This document shows, one piece after another, positions 1 through 12,700 of a stretch of 64,000 bases of DNA. The translations under genes were made by a program, and so were the position numbers. The stretch's first letter is position 1. The number at the start of each line of letters is the position of its first letter. The stretch comes from an uncultured Eubacteriales bacterium (lineage in GTDB: Bacteria; Bacillota; Clostridia; Oscillospirales; CAG-272). Under the pieces are notes generated by a model that did no database searches, had not been told where the DNA came from, and was given only the letters and a program-made list of their open reading frames with translations. The stretch covers positions 20,424-84,423 of the forward strand of contig CASGAQ010000005.1 in assembly GCA_949299535.1 (NCBI GenBank), written 5' to 3'.

Positions 1-617
1 ACGGTAATCAATATGGATTTTTTGTCAAATTTATAATTTTCCGAATTTGATGTTATAAATCGTGCTTTTCTCAAAACTTCCTTTATCGGCTTATAAAGCA
101 CCATTACTAACGAAGCGTTGAGCAATGATTTGAGGAAATTAAACGGCATGAGGACCGGCACTACCATCTGAGCGACAACTACCCTCTCTGTATTTAAGTA
201 GATCGGTGTTATCACAAGATTCAAAATAATCATTGTTAAGGTCGTAGCCAAAACAGAAGCCAAGAGTCCTACGATAGCGCCTTTCATCGTTTTTTTGATT
301 TTCGGAATGTACATATAGACACAGCTTGCGACAAAAGCAAATACAGCAGTGGAAACAAAATTCATAAGGAAGCCCCAAGGTCCCGTTCCGCTGACCGTCA
401 CCATTTCTATAAGAGCAACTATAAGCGCTATCGTCACACCTGAAACAGGTCCGAATATCATCGCGGCAAGACAAACTATGGTATCTTTTATATCAAAAGT
501 AAGAAATCCGCCTATACCGGATATACGGAAAGCATAAAGACTGAGATACGCAAAAGCCGAAAAAACAGCAAGAGCCGAAATTTTTTTAATTGCCGAAGAA
601 CGTTTTGAAGTATTCAT
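1..617 (-). CDS. ECF transporter S component, RibU/FmnP-like (riboflavin); 3' end runs off the window
   Basis: Not in ORF track; translated by hand from ATG at 617: MNTSKRSSAIKKISALAVFSAFAY...FLTFDIKD...IFGP...TGPWG..MNF...PFNFLK; hydrophobic, open to window edge; preceded by FMN riboswitch. Confidence 0.85.
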   Translation of the reverse strand, partial: MNTSKRSSAIKKISALAVFSAFAYLSLYAFRISGIGGFLTFDIKDTIVCLAAMIFGPVSGVTIALIVALIEMVTVSGTGPWGFLMNFVSTAVFAFVASCVYMYIPKIKKTMKGAIVGLLASVLATTLTMIILNLVITPIYLNTERVVVAQMVVPVLMPFNFLKSLLNASLVMVLYKPIKEVLRKARFITSNSENYKFDKKSILIT

Positions 618-628
618 AATAGTAACCA

Positions 629-660
629 AATAAAAAGCCCCCGATAACGGCAGGGGACTT
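629..660 (-). terminator. Intrinsic terminator, expression platform of FMN riboswitch
   Basis: Minus strand AAGTCCCC...GGGGGCTT followed by T-run, between aptamer and start codon. Confidence 0.75.
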
Positions 661-685
661 AATACCTCTCATAGTGAGAGATCCT

Positions 686-800
686 TTCTTTTTTCATCCG
701 GACTGTAACCGTCGGCACAGGATTTTCACCTGTTCGGGCAACCTTTCGCTGCTTCGCGGGCTATACCGCCGATATGGAATTTCACCATTCCCCAAAGAAG
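686..800 (-). ncRNA. FMN (RFN) riboswitch
   Basis: Minus strand GGGGAATGGTGAAATTCC..CGGCGGTATAGCCCGCGA..GGTGAAAATCC..GCCGACGGTTACAGTCCGGATG matches RFN consensus blocks. Confidence 0.93.
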
Positions 801-907
801 CCGCCAGATAAGCGGCAAATCAGCTTATGTATGCATGATACATACAAAAACTTTAAATATAAAATTCAAAAATCAGGCATATAGACAAAAGCAAGCCTGA
901 ATATGAC

Positions 908-943
908 TTTGTCAGAGAACAGTAAAACTGCTCTCTGACAAAA
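908..943 (-). terminator. Hairpin terminator downstream of tuf
   Basis: Inverted repeat TTTGTCAGAGA/TCTCTGACAAA about 36 nt after tuf stop. Confidence 0.65.
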
Positions 944-979
944 TTTAAACGTATTGGTAATCTGAAATCTTATTCGAAA

Positions 980-2185
980 TTACTCGATGATTTCGGAAAC
1001 GACACCGGAACCAACTGTTCTGCCGCCTTCACGGATAGCGAAACGGAGGTTCTGATCGATAGCGATAGGAGTGATAAGTTCAACTGTGATATCAACGTTA
1101 TCGCCGGGACGAGCCATTTCTACGTCAGCGGGAAGAGAGATTGTACCTGTAACGTCTGTTGTTCTGAAGTAGAACTGAGGACGGTAGCCGGCGAAGAAGG
1201 GTTTCTTACGTCCGCCTTCTTTTTCTGTAAGAACGTATACATGGCCTTTGAATTTGGTGTGAGGATGGATAGAGCCGGGTTTGCAGAGAACCTGACCTCT
1301 TTCGATTTCTTTCTTATCGATACCACGGAGGAGAAGACCTACGTTGTCGCCTGCTTCAGCCTGGTCAAGAAGTTTGTGGAACATTTCAACACCGGTAACC
1401 GTTGTGGATTTCTTTTCGTCTGTAAGACCAACAAGCTCAACAACGTCGCCGACTTTAACTGTACCGCTTTCTACTCTACCTGTAGCAACTGTACCACGAC
1501 CGGAGATAGAGAATACGTCTTCGACAGGCATAAGGAAAGGAAGATCGGATTTTCTGTCGGGAGTGGGGATATAGGAGTCAACAGCATCCATAAGCTCTTT
1601 GATGCAAGCATATTCAGGAGCGTTGGGATCTGTGCTTGTGCTTTCGAGAGCTACACGAGCGGAGCCGCGGATGATAGGAGTATCGTCTCCAGGGAAATCG
1701 TACTGGTTGAGAAGGTCGCGAACGTCCATATCAACAAGTTCGAGAAGTTCTTCATCGTCAACGATATCGCATTTGTTAAGGAAAACAACGATAGCGGGAA
1801 CGCCTACCTGGTGAGCAAGAAGAACGTGCTCACGAGTCTGCTGAAGGGGACCGTCAGAAGCAGCAACAACGAGGATAGCGCCGTCCATCTGAGCAGCACC
1901 TGTAATCATGTTTTTAACGTAGTCAGCGTGTCCGGGGCAGTCAACGTGTGCGTAGTGACGAGCGTCTGTTTCGTATTCTACGTGTCTTGTGTTGATTGTG
2001 ATACCACGAGCTTTTTCTTCGGGAGCGTTATCGATCTGATCGTAAGCAAGGAATTCGTTCTTGCCGTTAGCGATAGAAAGATATTTTGTGATAGCAGCAG
2101 TAAGAGTTGTTTTACCGTGGTCAACGTGACCGATAGTACCAATGTTTACATGGGGTTTTGTTCTTTCAAATTTAGCCTTTGCCAT
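980..2185 (-). CDS. tuf: Elongation factor Tu
   Basis: [27 protein letters not shown] motifs. Confidence 0.99.
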   Translation of the reverse strand: MAKAKFERTKPHVNIGTIGHVDHGKTTLTAAITKYLSIANGKNEFLAYDQIDNAPEEKARGITINTRHVEYETDARHYAHVDCPGHADYVKNMITGAAQMDGAILVVAASDGPLQQTREHVLLAHQVGVPAIVVFLNKCDIVDDEELLELVDMDVRDLLNQYDFPGDDTPIIRGSARVALESTSTDPNAPEYACIKELMDAVDSYIPTPDRKSDLPFLMPVEDVFSISGRGTVATGRVESGTVKVGDVVELVGLTDEKKSTTVTGVEMFHKLLDQAEAGDNVGLLLRGIDKKEIERGQVLCKPGSIHPHTKFKGHVYVLTEKEGGRKKPFFAGYRPQFYFRTTDVTGTISLPADVEMARPGDNVDITVELITPIAIDQNLRFAIREGGRTVGSGVVSEIIE

Positions 2186-2267
2186 TGGAAAAATCCTCCT
2201 TATATTTTCACGAAAATACCATTTTTCGTGATTGATTATATTTTTTTATTTTTAAAGCAAACAATAA

Positions 2268-4346
2268 TTATTTGCTTGCTCTGCCGGCAATGATCTCGTC
2301 GGCAATGCTCTTGGGAACCTGTTCAAAGTGGCTGGGTTCCATAGAGTACTGACCGCGTCCCTGTGTTCTGGAACGAAGTTCCGTAGCATAACCGAACATG
2401 TTAGCAAGAGGAACGATAGCGGTGATCTGCTGAGCGCCTGCAACAGGTTCCATAGACTGGATCTGACCGCGGCGGGAGTTGATATCACCCATAACGTCGC
2501 CCATGTAATCGTCGGGAGTAATAACTACAACCTTCATTACAGGTTCAAGGATAACGGGGTTGGCTCTTTTCATAGCGTTCTTAAAAGCCATTGAACCGGC
2601 GATCTTAAACGCCATTTCAGAAGAGTCGACTTCATGATAAGAACCGTCGTTAAGAGTAACCTTAACGTCTACAACATTATAACCTGCAAGAACACCTGTC
2701 TGCATAGCGCCCTGAATACCTGCGTCAACAGCGGGGATATATTCCTTGGGAATGTTACCGCCGGTAACTTTGTTGATAAATTCATAGCCTTTGCCGACTT
2801 CGTTGGGTTCAATGGTGATCTTAACGTGACCGTACTGACCTTTACCACCGGACTGACGTGCATATTTGCAGTCTTCATCAATAGATTTAGTGATTGTTTC
2901 TTTGTAAGAAACCTGAGGTTTACCTACGTTTGCTTCAACTTTGAACTCACGCATAAGTCTGTCTACGATGATCTCAAGGTGAAGCTCGCCCATACCGGCG
3001 ATAATTGTCTGACCTGTTTCTTCGTCTGTGTATGTCTTGAACGTGGGGTCTTCTTCAGCAAGCTTGGAAAGAGCGATGCCCATTTTTTCCTGGCTGGCTT
3101 TAGACTTGGGTTCAATGGCAACTTTGATAACAGGTTCCGGGAATTCCATGGATTCGAGAATGATCGGGTGGTTTTCGTCGCAGAGAGTATCACCTGTCGT
3201 TGTGTTCTTTGTACCAACGATAGCGGCTATATCACCGGAATAAACAACGTCTATATCCTGTCTTGCATTCGCATGCATCTGAAGGATACGGCCGAAACGC
3301 TCGCGGATACCCTTTTCAGGGTTGTAAGCAGTCTCGCCTGCATGGATAACACCGGAATATACACGGAAGAAGCAAAGTTTTCCTACGAACGGGTCTGTCG
3401 CAATCTTAAAAGCAAGAGCTGCGAAAGGTTCGCTGTCGGAAGTAACTCTTTCTTCTTCTTCGCCCGTGTCGGGATTGATACCCTTGATATTTGGGATATC
3501 AACAGGAGCGGGCATGTAATCGATTATAGCGTCGAGAAGTTTCTGAACGCCTTTGTTTTTATAGGAAGTACCACAGCAAACGGGAACAAGTTTGTTCGCA
3601 ATGGTTGCAGAGCGGATAGCTTTTTTAAGTTCGTCAACAGTGATTTCTTCACCGTCACAGTATTTGAGGAAGAGCTCTTCATCTGTTTCAGCAACAGACT
3701 CAACAAGTTCCTGACGATATTTGTTTGCTTCTTCAAGCATATCCTCGGGAATAGGCTCCGTTCTCATGTCTTTGCCCAAATCGTCGTAGTATATATCGGC
3801 TTCCATGTTTACAAGGTCGATAATTCCGCGGAACGTATCTTCCTTACCGATAGGAAGCTGGATTACCAGAGGATTTGTTTTGAGTCTGTCTTTCATCATC
3901 TGAACAACACGATAGAAATTTGCGCCCGTGATGTCCATTTTATTGACATAAGCCATTCTCGGAACGCCGTATTTATCTGCCTGACGCCATACAGTTTCAG
4001 ACTGAGGTTCAACACCGCCTTTAGCGCAGAAAACTGTTACAGAACCGTCAAGAACACGAAGGGAACGTTCAACTTCAACTGTGAAGTCAACGTGTCCGGG
4101 AGTGTCGATGATATTTATACGGTTGCCTTTCCAGAAGCATGTGGTAGCAGCAGAGGTAATAGTGATACCTCTTTCCTGCTCTTGTTCCATCCAGTCCATG
4201 GTAGCGGAACCGTCATGTGTTTCACCGATCTTGTGTGTTTTACCGGTATAGAACAGAATTCTCTCTGTTGTCGTTGTTTTACCTGCATCTATATGAGCCA
4301 TAATACCGATATTACGCGTTAATTCGAGCGGGTATTCTCTAGCCAT
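2268..4346 (-). CDS. fusA: Elongation factor G
   Basis: [27 protein letters not shown]; 692 aa. Confidence 0.99.
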   Translation of the reverse strand: MAREYPLELTRNIGIMAHIDAGKTTTTERILFYTGKTHKIGETHDGSATMDWMEQEQERGITITSAATTCFWKGNRINIIDTPGHVDFTVEVERSLRVLDGSVTVFCAKGGVEPQSETVWRQADKYGVPRMAYVNKMDITGANFYRVVQMMKDRLKTNPLVIQLPIGKEDTFRGIIDLVNMEADIYYDDLGKDMRTEPIPEDMLEEANKYRQELVESVAETDEELFLKYCDGEEITVDELKKAIRSATIANKLVPVCCGTSYKNKGVQKLLDAIIDYMPAPVDIPNIKGINPDTGEEEERVTSDSEPFAALAFKIATDPFVGKLCFFRVYSGVIHAGETAYNPEKGIRERFGRILQMHANARQDIDVVYSGDIAAIVGTKNTTTGDTLCDENHPIILESMEFPEPVIKVAIEPKSKASQEKMGIALSKLAEEDPTFKTYTDEETGQTIIAGMGELHLEIIVDRLMREFKVEANVGKPQVSYKETITKSIDEDCKYARQSGGKGQYGHVKITIEPNEVGKGYEFINKVTGGNIPKEYIPAVDAGIQGAMQTGVLAGYNVVDVKVTLNDGSYHEVDSSEMAFKIAGSMAFKNAMKRANPVILEPVMKVVVITPDDYMGDVMGDINSRRGQIQSMEPVAGAQQITAIVPLANMFGYATELRSRTQGRGQYSMEPSHFEQVPKSIADEIIAGRASK

Positions 4347-4417
4347 AATTGTAGCTCCTTATAATATGCATTAAAAATTCAAAAAGATTGAAAGCGGAGA
4401 TGAATATCCGCTTAAAA

Positions 4418-4888
4418 TCAATATCTGTAATGAGCGAAAGCTTTGTTAGCTTCAGCCATTTTGTGTGTTTCTTCTTTTTTCTTAACTGCGCCGCCTACAT
4501 TAGCAAGTGCGTCTGTAATTTCAGCTGCGAGCTTATCTGCCATTGTTCTTTCGCCACGTTTGCGAGCAAACATAACGAGCCAACGCAGACCGAGAGTCTG
4601 TTTTCTTTCGGGGCGAACCTCCATAGGAACCTGGTAAGTAGCACCGCCTACACGGCGACCTTTAACTTCCAGAACGGGCATTATATTCTCGAAAGCTTCC
4701 TGGAATACTTCAAGCGCGTTCTTTCCTGTTTTAGTTTCAACTGTTGCGAAAGCGTCGTAAACGATCTTCTGTGCAACACCCTTCTTACCGTCTTCCATAA
4801 CTGTGTTGATAAGCTTTGTTACGAGCTTGGAATTATACACGGGATCCGGCAATACATCTCTTTTGGAAATTTGACCTCTTCTTGGCAT
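4418..4888 (-). CDS. rpsG: 30S ribosomal protein S7
   Basis: MPRRG...[11 protein letters not shown]...ANKAFAHYR; start moved to ATG at 4888 after AAGGAGG RBS. Confidence 0.98.
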   Translation of the reverse strand: MPRRGQISKRDVLPDPVYNSKLVTKLINTVMEDGKKGVAQKIVYDAFATVETKTGKNALEVFQEAFENIMPVLEVKGRRVGGATYQVPMEVRPERKQTLGLRWLVMFARKRGERTMADKLAAEITDALANVGGAVKKKEETHKMAEANKAFAHYRY

Positions 4889-5074
4889 TTGTCTTCCCTC
4901 CTTCACATAATAATGAATCTCATAGGTACTCGAAAGTTTTCTTCCGTCATGCTGTTTTGTGATTTTGAAAGAGGTGTTTGTCCACGCACAGAGCGGGTAT
5001 AAACATTTTATCTGTCAAAATGCAAAAGCACGCGATTAGACATCTTTTAAGTTTTACCTTTGTTTAGCTAAGTT

Positions 5075-5497
5075 TTATTTTGCTGCTTTTTTACCGCGTT
5101 TAGCACCGTACAAAGAACGGCTCTGCTTACGGTCGGAAACGCCCTGAGTATCGAGCGTACCGCGAATGATGTGATAACGCACACCGGGAAGGTCACGTAC
5201 TCTTCCGCCTCTGATAAGAACTACAGAGTGCTCCTGAAGGTTGTGTCCAATACCGGGGATATAGCATGTAGCTTCAAGTCCGTTTGTAAGTCTTACTCTG
5301 GCAATTTTACGAAGAGCGGAGTTAGGCTTCTTCGGTGTTGTCGTAGTAACCTTTGTGCAAACGCCGCGTCTCTGGGGAGCGGCAAGTTCCGTATACTTCT
5401 TTGTAAGAGTGTTGAAGTTCTTCTGAAGTACGGGAGATTTAGACTTGTACACGCGTTTTTCACGTCCCGAGCGAACAAGCTGGTTAAAGGTTGGCAT
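5075..5497 (-). CDS. rpsL: 30S ribosomal protein S12
   Basis: [23 protein letters not shown]. Confidence 0.99.
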   Translation of the reverse strand: MPTFNQLVRSGREKRVYKSKSPVLQKNFNTLTKKYTELAAPQRRGVCTKVTTTTPKKPNSALRKIARVRLTNGLEATCYIPGIGHNLQEHSVVLIRGGRVRDLPGVRYHIIRGTLDTQGVSDRKQSRSLYGAKRGKKAAK

Positions 5498-5593
5498 ATC
5501 GCACCTCCTCTTTATTTTGATAGATATAAATGTTTATATAATCCGCAAATTTTGAAACGCACTTCAAAAAAAGGGAAAATATCATAAATTAAA

Positions 5594-5836
5594 TTATTTC
5601 AATGTGACGCAAACGGCGCAGTCAACGTCGATCTCGCACATTGTTCCGAGTTCTTTTTTTGTCTTTGTATCGTCAAACGGAACATCGTTTGCGCGGCAAA
5701 GTTCAGCCATTTGATGAATTATCTTGGCGTCGGCATCTTTTGCAATAAAAGCCGATGAAGCCGTTCCTCCTTTGATGAGCTTTTTGGACTGTGCAAGTCC
5801 TGCCACTAACATAGGCAAAGGGCCGTCGGTTGACAT
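5594..5836 (-). CDS. L7Ae/L30e family RNA-binding protein (YbxF-like)
   Basis: GLAQSKK..FIAKDAD..KKELGTMCEIDV pattern; canonical position upstream of rpsL; start may be 5857. Confidence 0.85.
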   Translation of the reverse strand: MSTDGPLPMLVAGLAQSKKLIKGGTASSAFIAKDADAKIIHQMAELCRANDVPFDDTKTKKELGTMCEIDVDCAVCVTLK

Positions 5837-5910
5837 ATTACATTCGATTCCTTTCATTTTTATAGTGACTGATAAAAAGACATATTATCACACATAGTCA
5901 CATATGTCAT

Positions 5911-5939
5911 ATTGTATCACCATTTTAGGTATTTGTCAA
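5911..5939 (-). promoter_or_regulatory. SigA promoter for str operon
   Basis: TTGACA-17-TACAAT with TG extension. Confidence 0.75.
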
Positions 5940-6057
5940 CCGGATTTTTATGATTTTACGTCATACTCGTCAAAAAATTTGATTTTCAAATAGAAAATCG
6001 CTTAGTTAAAGAGCGTTTCAACGTCCGGAAGACATTCAGAAATTTCTTTCTTGAAGA

Positions 6058-6086
6058 ATTATATCATATCGGGAGAAAAAAATCAA
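6058..6086 (-). promoter_or_regulatory. Second SigA promoter for str operon
   Basis: TTGATT-17-TATAAT with TG extension. Confidence 0.65.
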
Positions 6087-6116
6087 TATTCTTATGTTTT
6101 GATGTTTTAACAAGGC

Positions 6117-6149
6117 AAAAAGCCGCAGACTTTCATCTGCGGCTTTTTT
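6117..6149 (-). terminator. rpoC terminator
   Basis: AAAAAGCCGCAGA/TCTGCGGCTTTTT inverted repeat. Confidence 0.85.
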
Positions 6150-6184
6150 ATATTCAGAATCGAATAAATCAGACGTTCAAAAGA

Positions 6185-9100
6185 TCATACAGAAGCTTCG
6201 TCCGAATATTCTTCGTCGGAAGGTTCGACTTTTTTGATCTCTATATCGCGGTATTTCTTAAGACCCGTACCTGCGGGGATAAGTTTACCGATAAGAACGT
6301 TTTCTTTAAGTCCGATAAGATGGTCGACCTTGCCCTTGATAGCGGCTTCGGTAAGAACCTTTGTAGTTTCCTGGAAGGAAGCTGCTGACAGGAAGGATTC
6401 CGTCTGAATAGCAGTCTTGGTTATACCAAGGAGCATAGGTGTCGCAGCAGCAAGACGGAGCGTGCGTTCGCCTGCGTCTATGCGAGCCTGTACTCTCTTG
6501 TTTTCGTCGTTAAATTCGTCGATATCGACAACAGAACCAAAGAGAAGTTCTGTGTCGCCGCTATCTTCAACGCGAACCTTGCGCGTCATCTGACGTGCTA
6601 TAACTTCGATATGCTTGTCGTTTATCTTGATATCCTGGCTCTTATACACGCGCTGTACTTCGCGGGTAATATAGTCGTAAGCGGCTTCAAGGCCCTGAAC
6701 TCTCGCAATATCAGCCGGAGCAAGGTTGCCTTCGGTAATAAGCTCGCCGCGCATGATGTAAGAGCCTTCAGAAGGAAGTATCTTTGTTCCGTAAGGAACG
6801 GGATATACATGTTCTTCGCCGTTTTCGCTTGTGATGATAACGTTTCTGGCGCGTTTAGCATCCTGAATGCGGACGATACCGGAGTATTCTGCAAGAGTTG
6901 CGGTCTTTTTGGGTTTGCGCGCTTCGAAGATCTCCTCAACTCTGGGAAGACCCTGAGTGATATCCGCACCGGCGATACCGCCAAGGTGGAACGTTCTCAT
7001 CGTAAGCTGTGTACCGGGTTCACCGATAGACTGTGCGGCGATGATACCGACAGCTTCGCCTGCGGCAACGAGCTTGCCTGTCGCAAGGTCGGTTCCGTAG
7101 CATTTAGCGCAAATGCCGTGGCGGCATTTACATTTGAGTATGGAGCGAACGTGAACCTTTTCCACGCCTGCGGCAACTATCTTGGACGCCTGAGCAGCAG
7201 TCAAAAGCTCGCCTGCGCTTGCAATAACTTCGCCGTTTGCAGGATCGACGACATCCTCGACAAGAGTTCTGCCGGGAAGTCTTTCTTCGAGTTTTTCAAT
7301 TGTTTCATCTCCGTCGACAAGGTCGTATACCCAAATGCCTTCAGTAGTACCGCAGTCTTTTTCACGAACGATAACTTCCTGGGAAACGTCGACAAGTCGG
7401 CGTGTAAGGTAACCGGAGTCGGCTGTTTTAAGAGCCGTATCGGAAAGCGTCTTACGGGAACCACGGGCGCCGATGAAGTATTCAAGCACGTTAAGACCTT
7501 CACGGAAGTTACTCTTGATAGGCAACTCCATAGTCTTACCGGATGTAGACACCATAAGTCCGCGCATACCTGCAAGCTGTTTCATCTGAGAGATAGAACC
7601 ACGGGCACCGGAGTCACTCATCATCTTGATAGGATTGTATCTGTCAAGGCCCTTCTGGAGCGCTTCCGTAACATCTTTTGTAGCCTTATCCCAAACCGAG
7701 ATAACGCCCCTGTAACGTTCGTCATCGGACAGAAGTCCGCGGCGGAAATCTTTTGCTATCTTTTCCACTTTCTTTTCCGCATCATGTACGATTTCCTGTT
7801 TTTGAGGAGGAACGACCATGTCAAGAACGGAAATGGATATGGAAGCTTTTGTGGAATATTTAAAACCATTTGATTTGATAGCATCAAGAACCTCAGCCAT
7901 TACCGTAGGTCCATGAAGCTTTATAGTACGGTCAACTATTTTTCCAAGCTCGCTTTTAGCGGTTGTAAAGTCAACTTCAAGGTCAAGCATTTTTTCCGGG
8001 TCGCTTCTGTCGACAAATCCAAGATCCTGAGGAATGGGTTTGTTGAAAATAAGGCGTCCGAGAGTGGCATTTATAAGTTTCGTATAGACCACGCCGTTAA
8101 TCTCTTTGGAAGCACGTACCTTGATCGGGGCATGTATACCGAGCTGACCGTTTTCGTAGGCCATCATCGCCTCGTCAAAATCACGGAACACTTTCCCCTC
8201 GCCGGGTTCCCCTGCTTTGTCTATGGTAAGATAATAAGAACCAAGCACCATATCCTGAGAAGGAACGGTAACGGCTTTACCGTCGGCGGGTTTCAGGAAG
8301 TTGTTGGCGGAAAGCATAAGGAATCTTGCCTCTGCCTGAGCTTCGCTGGAAAGAGGAATATGAACAGGCATCTGGTCGCCGTCGAAGTCGGCGTTAAACG
8401 CCGCACATACGAGCGGGTGGAGCTTTATGGCTCTGCCCTCTACAAGCACGGGTTCGAAAGCCTGAATGGAAAGACGGTGAAGCGTAGGTGCACGGTTCAA
8501 AAGAACAGGGTGGTCTTTGATAACGTTTTCAAGAGCGTCCCAAACCTCGTTGGAAGCCTTGTCGACTTTCTTCTTAGCGTCTTTTATATTGGAAGCATTC
8601 TGAGTTTCAACAAGACGTTTCATAACGAACGGCTTGAAAAGCTCAAGCGCCATTTCTTTGGGAAGACCGCACTGGTATATCTTCAGAGTCGGACCTACGA
8701 CGATAACAGAACGTCCGGAATAGTCTACTCGTTTACCGAGCAAGTTCTGACGGAAACGTCCCTGTTTACCGCGAAGCATTTCCGAAAGAGATTTGAGCGG
8801 TCTGTTAGATGAACCGCCTATTACGGATTTGCCGCGTCTGCCGTTGTCGATAAGCGCGTCAACAGCTTCCTGAAGCATACGTTTTTCGTTGCGGATAATG
8901 ATTTCGGGAGCGGAAAGCTCCATAAGCTTAGCAAGCCGGTTGTTTCTGTTAATTACTCGTCTGTAAAGGTCGTTGAGGTCGGATGTGGCAAAACGTCCGC
9001 CGTCAAGCTGTACCATGGGTCGGATATCCGGAGGAATAACGGGAACAACGTCGAGTATCATCCATTCCGGTCTGTTTCCGGATTTACGGAAAGCTTCAAC

Positions 9101-9733
9101 AACTTCAAGGCGTTTGATTATGCGAAGCTTTTTCTGACCGGAAGCTTTGTCAAGCTCTTCACGAAGCTCTTTTGCAAGTGCCTCAAGGTCGAGTTCGGAA
9201 AGAAGTTCCTTGATGGCCTCCGCGCCCATGCCGACGCGGAAGTCATCTTCGTATTTTTCATAAAGATCGCGGTATTCGCGTTCCGAGAGAAGCTGTTTCT
9301 TCTCAACGGGAGCTCTGCCCGGATCAAGAACTATATACTGTGCGAAGTAAAGAACTTTTTCAAGGAGTCTGGGGGAAATATCGAGAAGAAGTCCCATTCT
9401 CGAAGGGATAGCGCGGAAATACCAGATATGGGAAACAGGAGCGGCAAGCTCAATATGTCCCATTCTTTCGCGGCGGACTTTCTTCGTAGTAACTTCTACG
9501 CCGCATTTTTCGCAGACTTTGCCTTTGTAACGAACGCGTTTGTATTTACCGCAAAGACATTCCCAGTCTTTTGTCGGTCCAAATATTTTTTCGCAGAACA
9601 AGCCGTCGCGTTCGGGTCTGAGAGTTCTGTAATTGATCGTTTCGGGCTTTGTTACCTCGCCGAAAGACCAAGATCTTATCATATCGGGAGATGCAAGACC
9701 TATTCTAATAGAATCAAAAGTGTTCTTAGCCAT
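6185..9733 (-). CDS. rpoC: RNA polymerase beta' subunit
   Basis: NADFDGD catalytic motif, Zn-finger cysteines, [13 protein letters not shown]. Confidence 0.99.
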   Translation of the reverse strand: MAKNTFDSIRIGLASPDMIRSWSFGEVTKPETINYRTLRPERDGLFCEKIFGPTKDWECLCGKYKRVRYKGKVCEKCGVEVTTKKVRRERMGHIELAAPVSHIWYFRAIPSRMGLLLDISPRLLEKVLYFAQYIVLDPGRAPVEKKQLLSEREYRDLYEKYEDDFRVGMGAEAIKELLSELDLEALAKELREELDKASGQKKLRIIKRLEVVEAFRKSGNRPEWMILDVVPVIPPDIRPMVQLDGGRFATSDLNDLYRRVINRNNRLAKLMELSAPEIIIRNEKRMLQEAVDALIDNGRRGKSVIGGSSNRPLKSLSEMLRGKQGRFRQNLLGKRVDYSGRSVIVVGPTLKIYQCGLPKEMALELFKPFVMKRLVETQNASNIKDAKKKVDKASNEVWDALENVIKDHPVLLNRAPTLHRLSIQAFEPVLVEGRAIKLHPLVCAAFNADFDGDQMPVHIPLSSEAQAEARFLMLSANNFLKPADGKAVTVPSQDMVLGSYYLTIDKAGEPGEGKVFRDFDEAMMAYENGQLGIHAPIKVRASKEINGVVYTKLINATLGRLIFNKPIPQDLGFVDRSDPEKMLDLEVDFTTAKSELGKIVDRTIKLHGPTVMAEVLDAIKSNGFKYSTKASISISVLDMVVPPQKQEIVHDAEKKVEKIAKDFRRGLLSDDERYRGVISVWDKATKDVTEALQKGLDRYNPIKMMSDSGARGSISQMKQLAGMRGLMVSTSGKTMELPIKSNFREGLNVLEYFIGARGSRKTLSDTALKTADSGYLTRRLVDVSQEVIVREKDCGTTEGIWVYDLVDGDETIEKLEERLPGRTLVEDVVDPANGEVIASAGELLTAAQASKIVAAGVEKVHVRSILKCKCRHGICAKCYGTDLATGKLVAAGEAVGIIAAQSIGEPGTQLTMRTFHLGGIAGADITQGLPRVEEIFEARKPKKTATLAEYSGIVRIQDAKRARNVIITSENGEEHVYPVPYGTKILPSEGSYIMRGELITEGNLAPADIARVQGLEAAYDYITREVQRVYKSQDIKINDKHIEVIARQMTRKVRVEDSGDTELLFGSVVDIDEFNDENKRVQARIDAGERTLRLAAATPMLLGITKTAIQTESFLSAASFQETTKVLTEAAIKGKVDHLIGLKENVLIGKLIPAGTGLKKYRDIEIKKVEPSDEEYSDEASV

Positions 9734-9751
9734 TATTATTCGCTCCCTTAA

Positions 9752-12700
9752 TTATTCGTCGTAATTTTCGGTGTCGCCGTATTCTTCGTATTGTCCGTCT
9801 TCATCGAATTCGTCGTAATATTCGCCATCGTTTTCGTCGGGAACATTTTCCTCGTCATCAAGACTTGCCTGTTCGCTAAGATCGTCAACGATGGTAATAT
9901 CGTCCGCGTCACTGTCCGTTTCCACAGTTCTGCCTACATCGTCGGCAGTAATCTTGGAATCGCCGTTCATTTCGTCGTCCTCCTCGCACAGCTGAGAAAT
10001 TTCTATTTCGTTTCCGTCCTCGTCAAGAACGCGAACATCAAGCGCCAAAGACTGAAGTTCTTTGACAAGTACACGGAATGCTTCGGGAACGCCGGGGGTG
10101 GGGATATTCTTTCCTTTGACAATGGCTTCATAAGCTTTAACGCGTCCGGTGACATCGTCGGATTTGACAGTGAGAATCTCTTGAAGAGTATAAGCTGCAC
10201 CGTAAGCTTCAAGCGCCCAAACTTCCATTTCGCCGAAACGCTGACCGCCGAACTGAGCTTTACCGCCGAGAGGCTGCTGCGTAACAAGCGAGTAAGGACC
10301 TGTGCTTCTCGCGTGTATCTTATCGTCTACCAGATGATGCAGTTTAAGATAATACATTATACCGACTGTTACGGGGTTGTCGAAAGGTTCGCCCGTGCGG
10401 CCATCATAGAGAATACGTTTTCCGTCAACGGTTTTGAGTTTTTTCTCCGCAATCTTTTCTCTTACCCACTCTTTGTCTGCAAGAAGATCCGCGGGAACTG
10501 TGTTGTAAACTTTGTTGCCTTCTTCGTCGATGGTTTCTTCGTAAACGGATTTGCCGAAGAAATTCTCGCCCGGAAGTATTTCACGGTAAAGACCTGCTTC
10601 CGTGAGAGCTTCCGTTATGTCTTTTTCCTTTGCGCCGTCGAACGCAGGAGTCATTACTTTGACGCCGAGTTCCCTTGCCGCAATACCGAGGTGAACTTCA
10701 AGAACCTGACCTATGTTCATTCGGGAAGGAACGCCCAGAGGATTAAGCACAATATCAAGAGGCGTGCCGTCTGCAAGATAAGGCATATCTTCGGGAGGAA
10801 GTATACGCGAAACGACACCTTTGTTTCCGTGACGTCCCGCCATCTTGTCACCGACGGAAATCTTTCTCTTCTGAGCAATATATACTTTAACCGCTTTGTT
10901 TACACCGGGAGCAAGGTCGTCGCCGTTTTCGCGGGAGAATACTCTTATATCGGAAACGACGCCGCTGGTACCGTGAGGAAGTTTGAGAGATGTGTCACGC
11001 ACTTCTCTTGCCTTCTCGCCGAAGATGGCGCGGAGCAGTCTTTCTTCAGCGGTGAGTTCCGTTTCGCCCTTAGGCGTAACTTTACCGACGAGGATATCGC
11101 CTGCATGAACTTCCGTACCTATGCGAACGATACCGTCGGGATCAAGATCTTTGAGCGCTTCGTCGCCGCAGTTGGGGATCTCGCGCGTTATCTCTTCCGG
11201 TCCGAGTTTCGTATCTCTGGACTCCATGAGATATTCTTCGATATGGATAGACGTGTAAACGTCATCTCTTACAAGGCGCTCGTTAAGGAGAACGGCGTCC
11301 TCGTAGTTGTAACCTTCCCAAGTCATAAATCCGATAAGAGCATTCTTACCGAGTGCAATCTCGCCCTTGTCCGTTGCAGGACCGTCGGCAAGCACGTCGC
11401 CTGCATTGACGACATCTCCGACATTGACGATAGGTCTTTGATTTACGCAGTTGCCTTGGTTGGAACGTTTGAATTTGAGAAGCGTATAGTTGTCTTTTGC
11501 ACCGTTGGGGCGAGCGACGACTATTTTATCGGAAGAAACGTATTCAACAACGCCGTCGTTTCTTGCTATGATACATACGCCGGAATCAATACCTGCCTTA
11601 TATTCCATACCCGTACCTACAATAGGAGAATCAGTCGTAAGGAGAGGCACAGCCTGCTTCTGCATGTTAGAACCCATGAGCGCGCGGGCGTTGTCATCGT
11701 TTTCAAGGAACGGGATATGGCTCGTTGCTACCGAAATAGCCATTCTGGGAGAAACGTCGATGTAATCGGGAACGCTTGAATCGACTTCTATGATCTCAGC
11801 GCGGTCACGGACAGTAACGCGTTTATTGATAAATCTTCCCTCTTCGTCAAGAGGTTCGTTAGCCTGCGCGATAATGTAATTATCTTCTACATCGGCGGTC
11901 ATATATTCAACGATATCGGTAATTTTTCCGGTAGCCTTGTCTATCTTGCGATAAGGAGCTTCGATAAAGCCGTAATCGTTTATTTTAGCATAGGTAGCAA
12001 GATAAGAAATAAGACCGATGTTAGGACCTTCAGGCGTTTCGATAGGACAGATACGTCCGAAGTGAGTGTAGTGTACGTCGCGGACGTCAAAGGAGGCACG
12101 GTCACGGGAAAGACCACCGGGACCGAGAGCCGAAAGACGGCGCTTATGCGTAAGTTCTGCCAGAGGGTTGTTCTGGTCCATAAACTGAGAAAGGGGCGAA
12201 GAGCCGAAGAACTCGCGTATAGCGGCAACGACAGGTCTGATATTGATAAGTGCCTGAGGCGTAAGTGACTCAGCGTCCTGTGTCGTCATGCGCTCTTTGA
12301 TTATCTTATCCATTCTGGAGAAACCTATTCTGAGCTGGTTCTGAATAAGTTCGCCTACCGCGCGTATACGGCGGTTGCCGAGATGGTCGATATCATCGGG
12401 CGTGCCTATACCGTGGGAGAGGCAGATAAGGTAGTTGATAGACGCAAAAATATCGTCTTTTGTTATATGTTTTGGGGAAAGTTCAGCGGCACGGTCGCGA
12501 GCCTGTTTTTTAAGTTCGTCAAAATCGCCGCCGACTTCTTCGAGCATCTGAAGCAGGAGAGAGAGTTTTACTTTTTCGTTTATGCCGACTTCACGGAGGT
12601 CACAGCCTACAACTTTTGCAGGATCTACCATACCGTTGCCGAACACTTTTATCTCTCTGCCGTCTTCTATCTCAACGTAAGCTTCATTGACGCCGGCATT

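Noticed and set aside
139-537. ORF-track calls 139-474 and 349-537
   Set aside because: Off-frame or antisense to the ECF S-component that runs off the window edge.
12120-12215. RpoB SSPLSQ variant (Pro for Gln at E. coli 510) as acquired rifampicin resistance
   Set aside because: Key residues equivalent to Q513, D516, H526 and S531 are intact; likely a lineage polymorphism, and resistance cannot be inferred.
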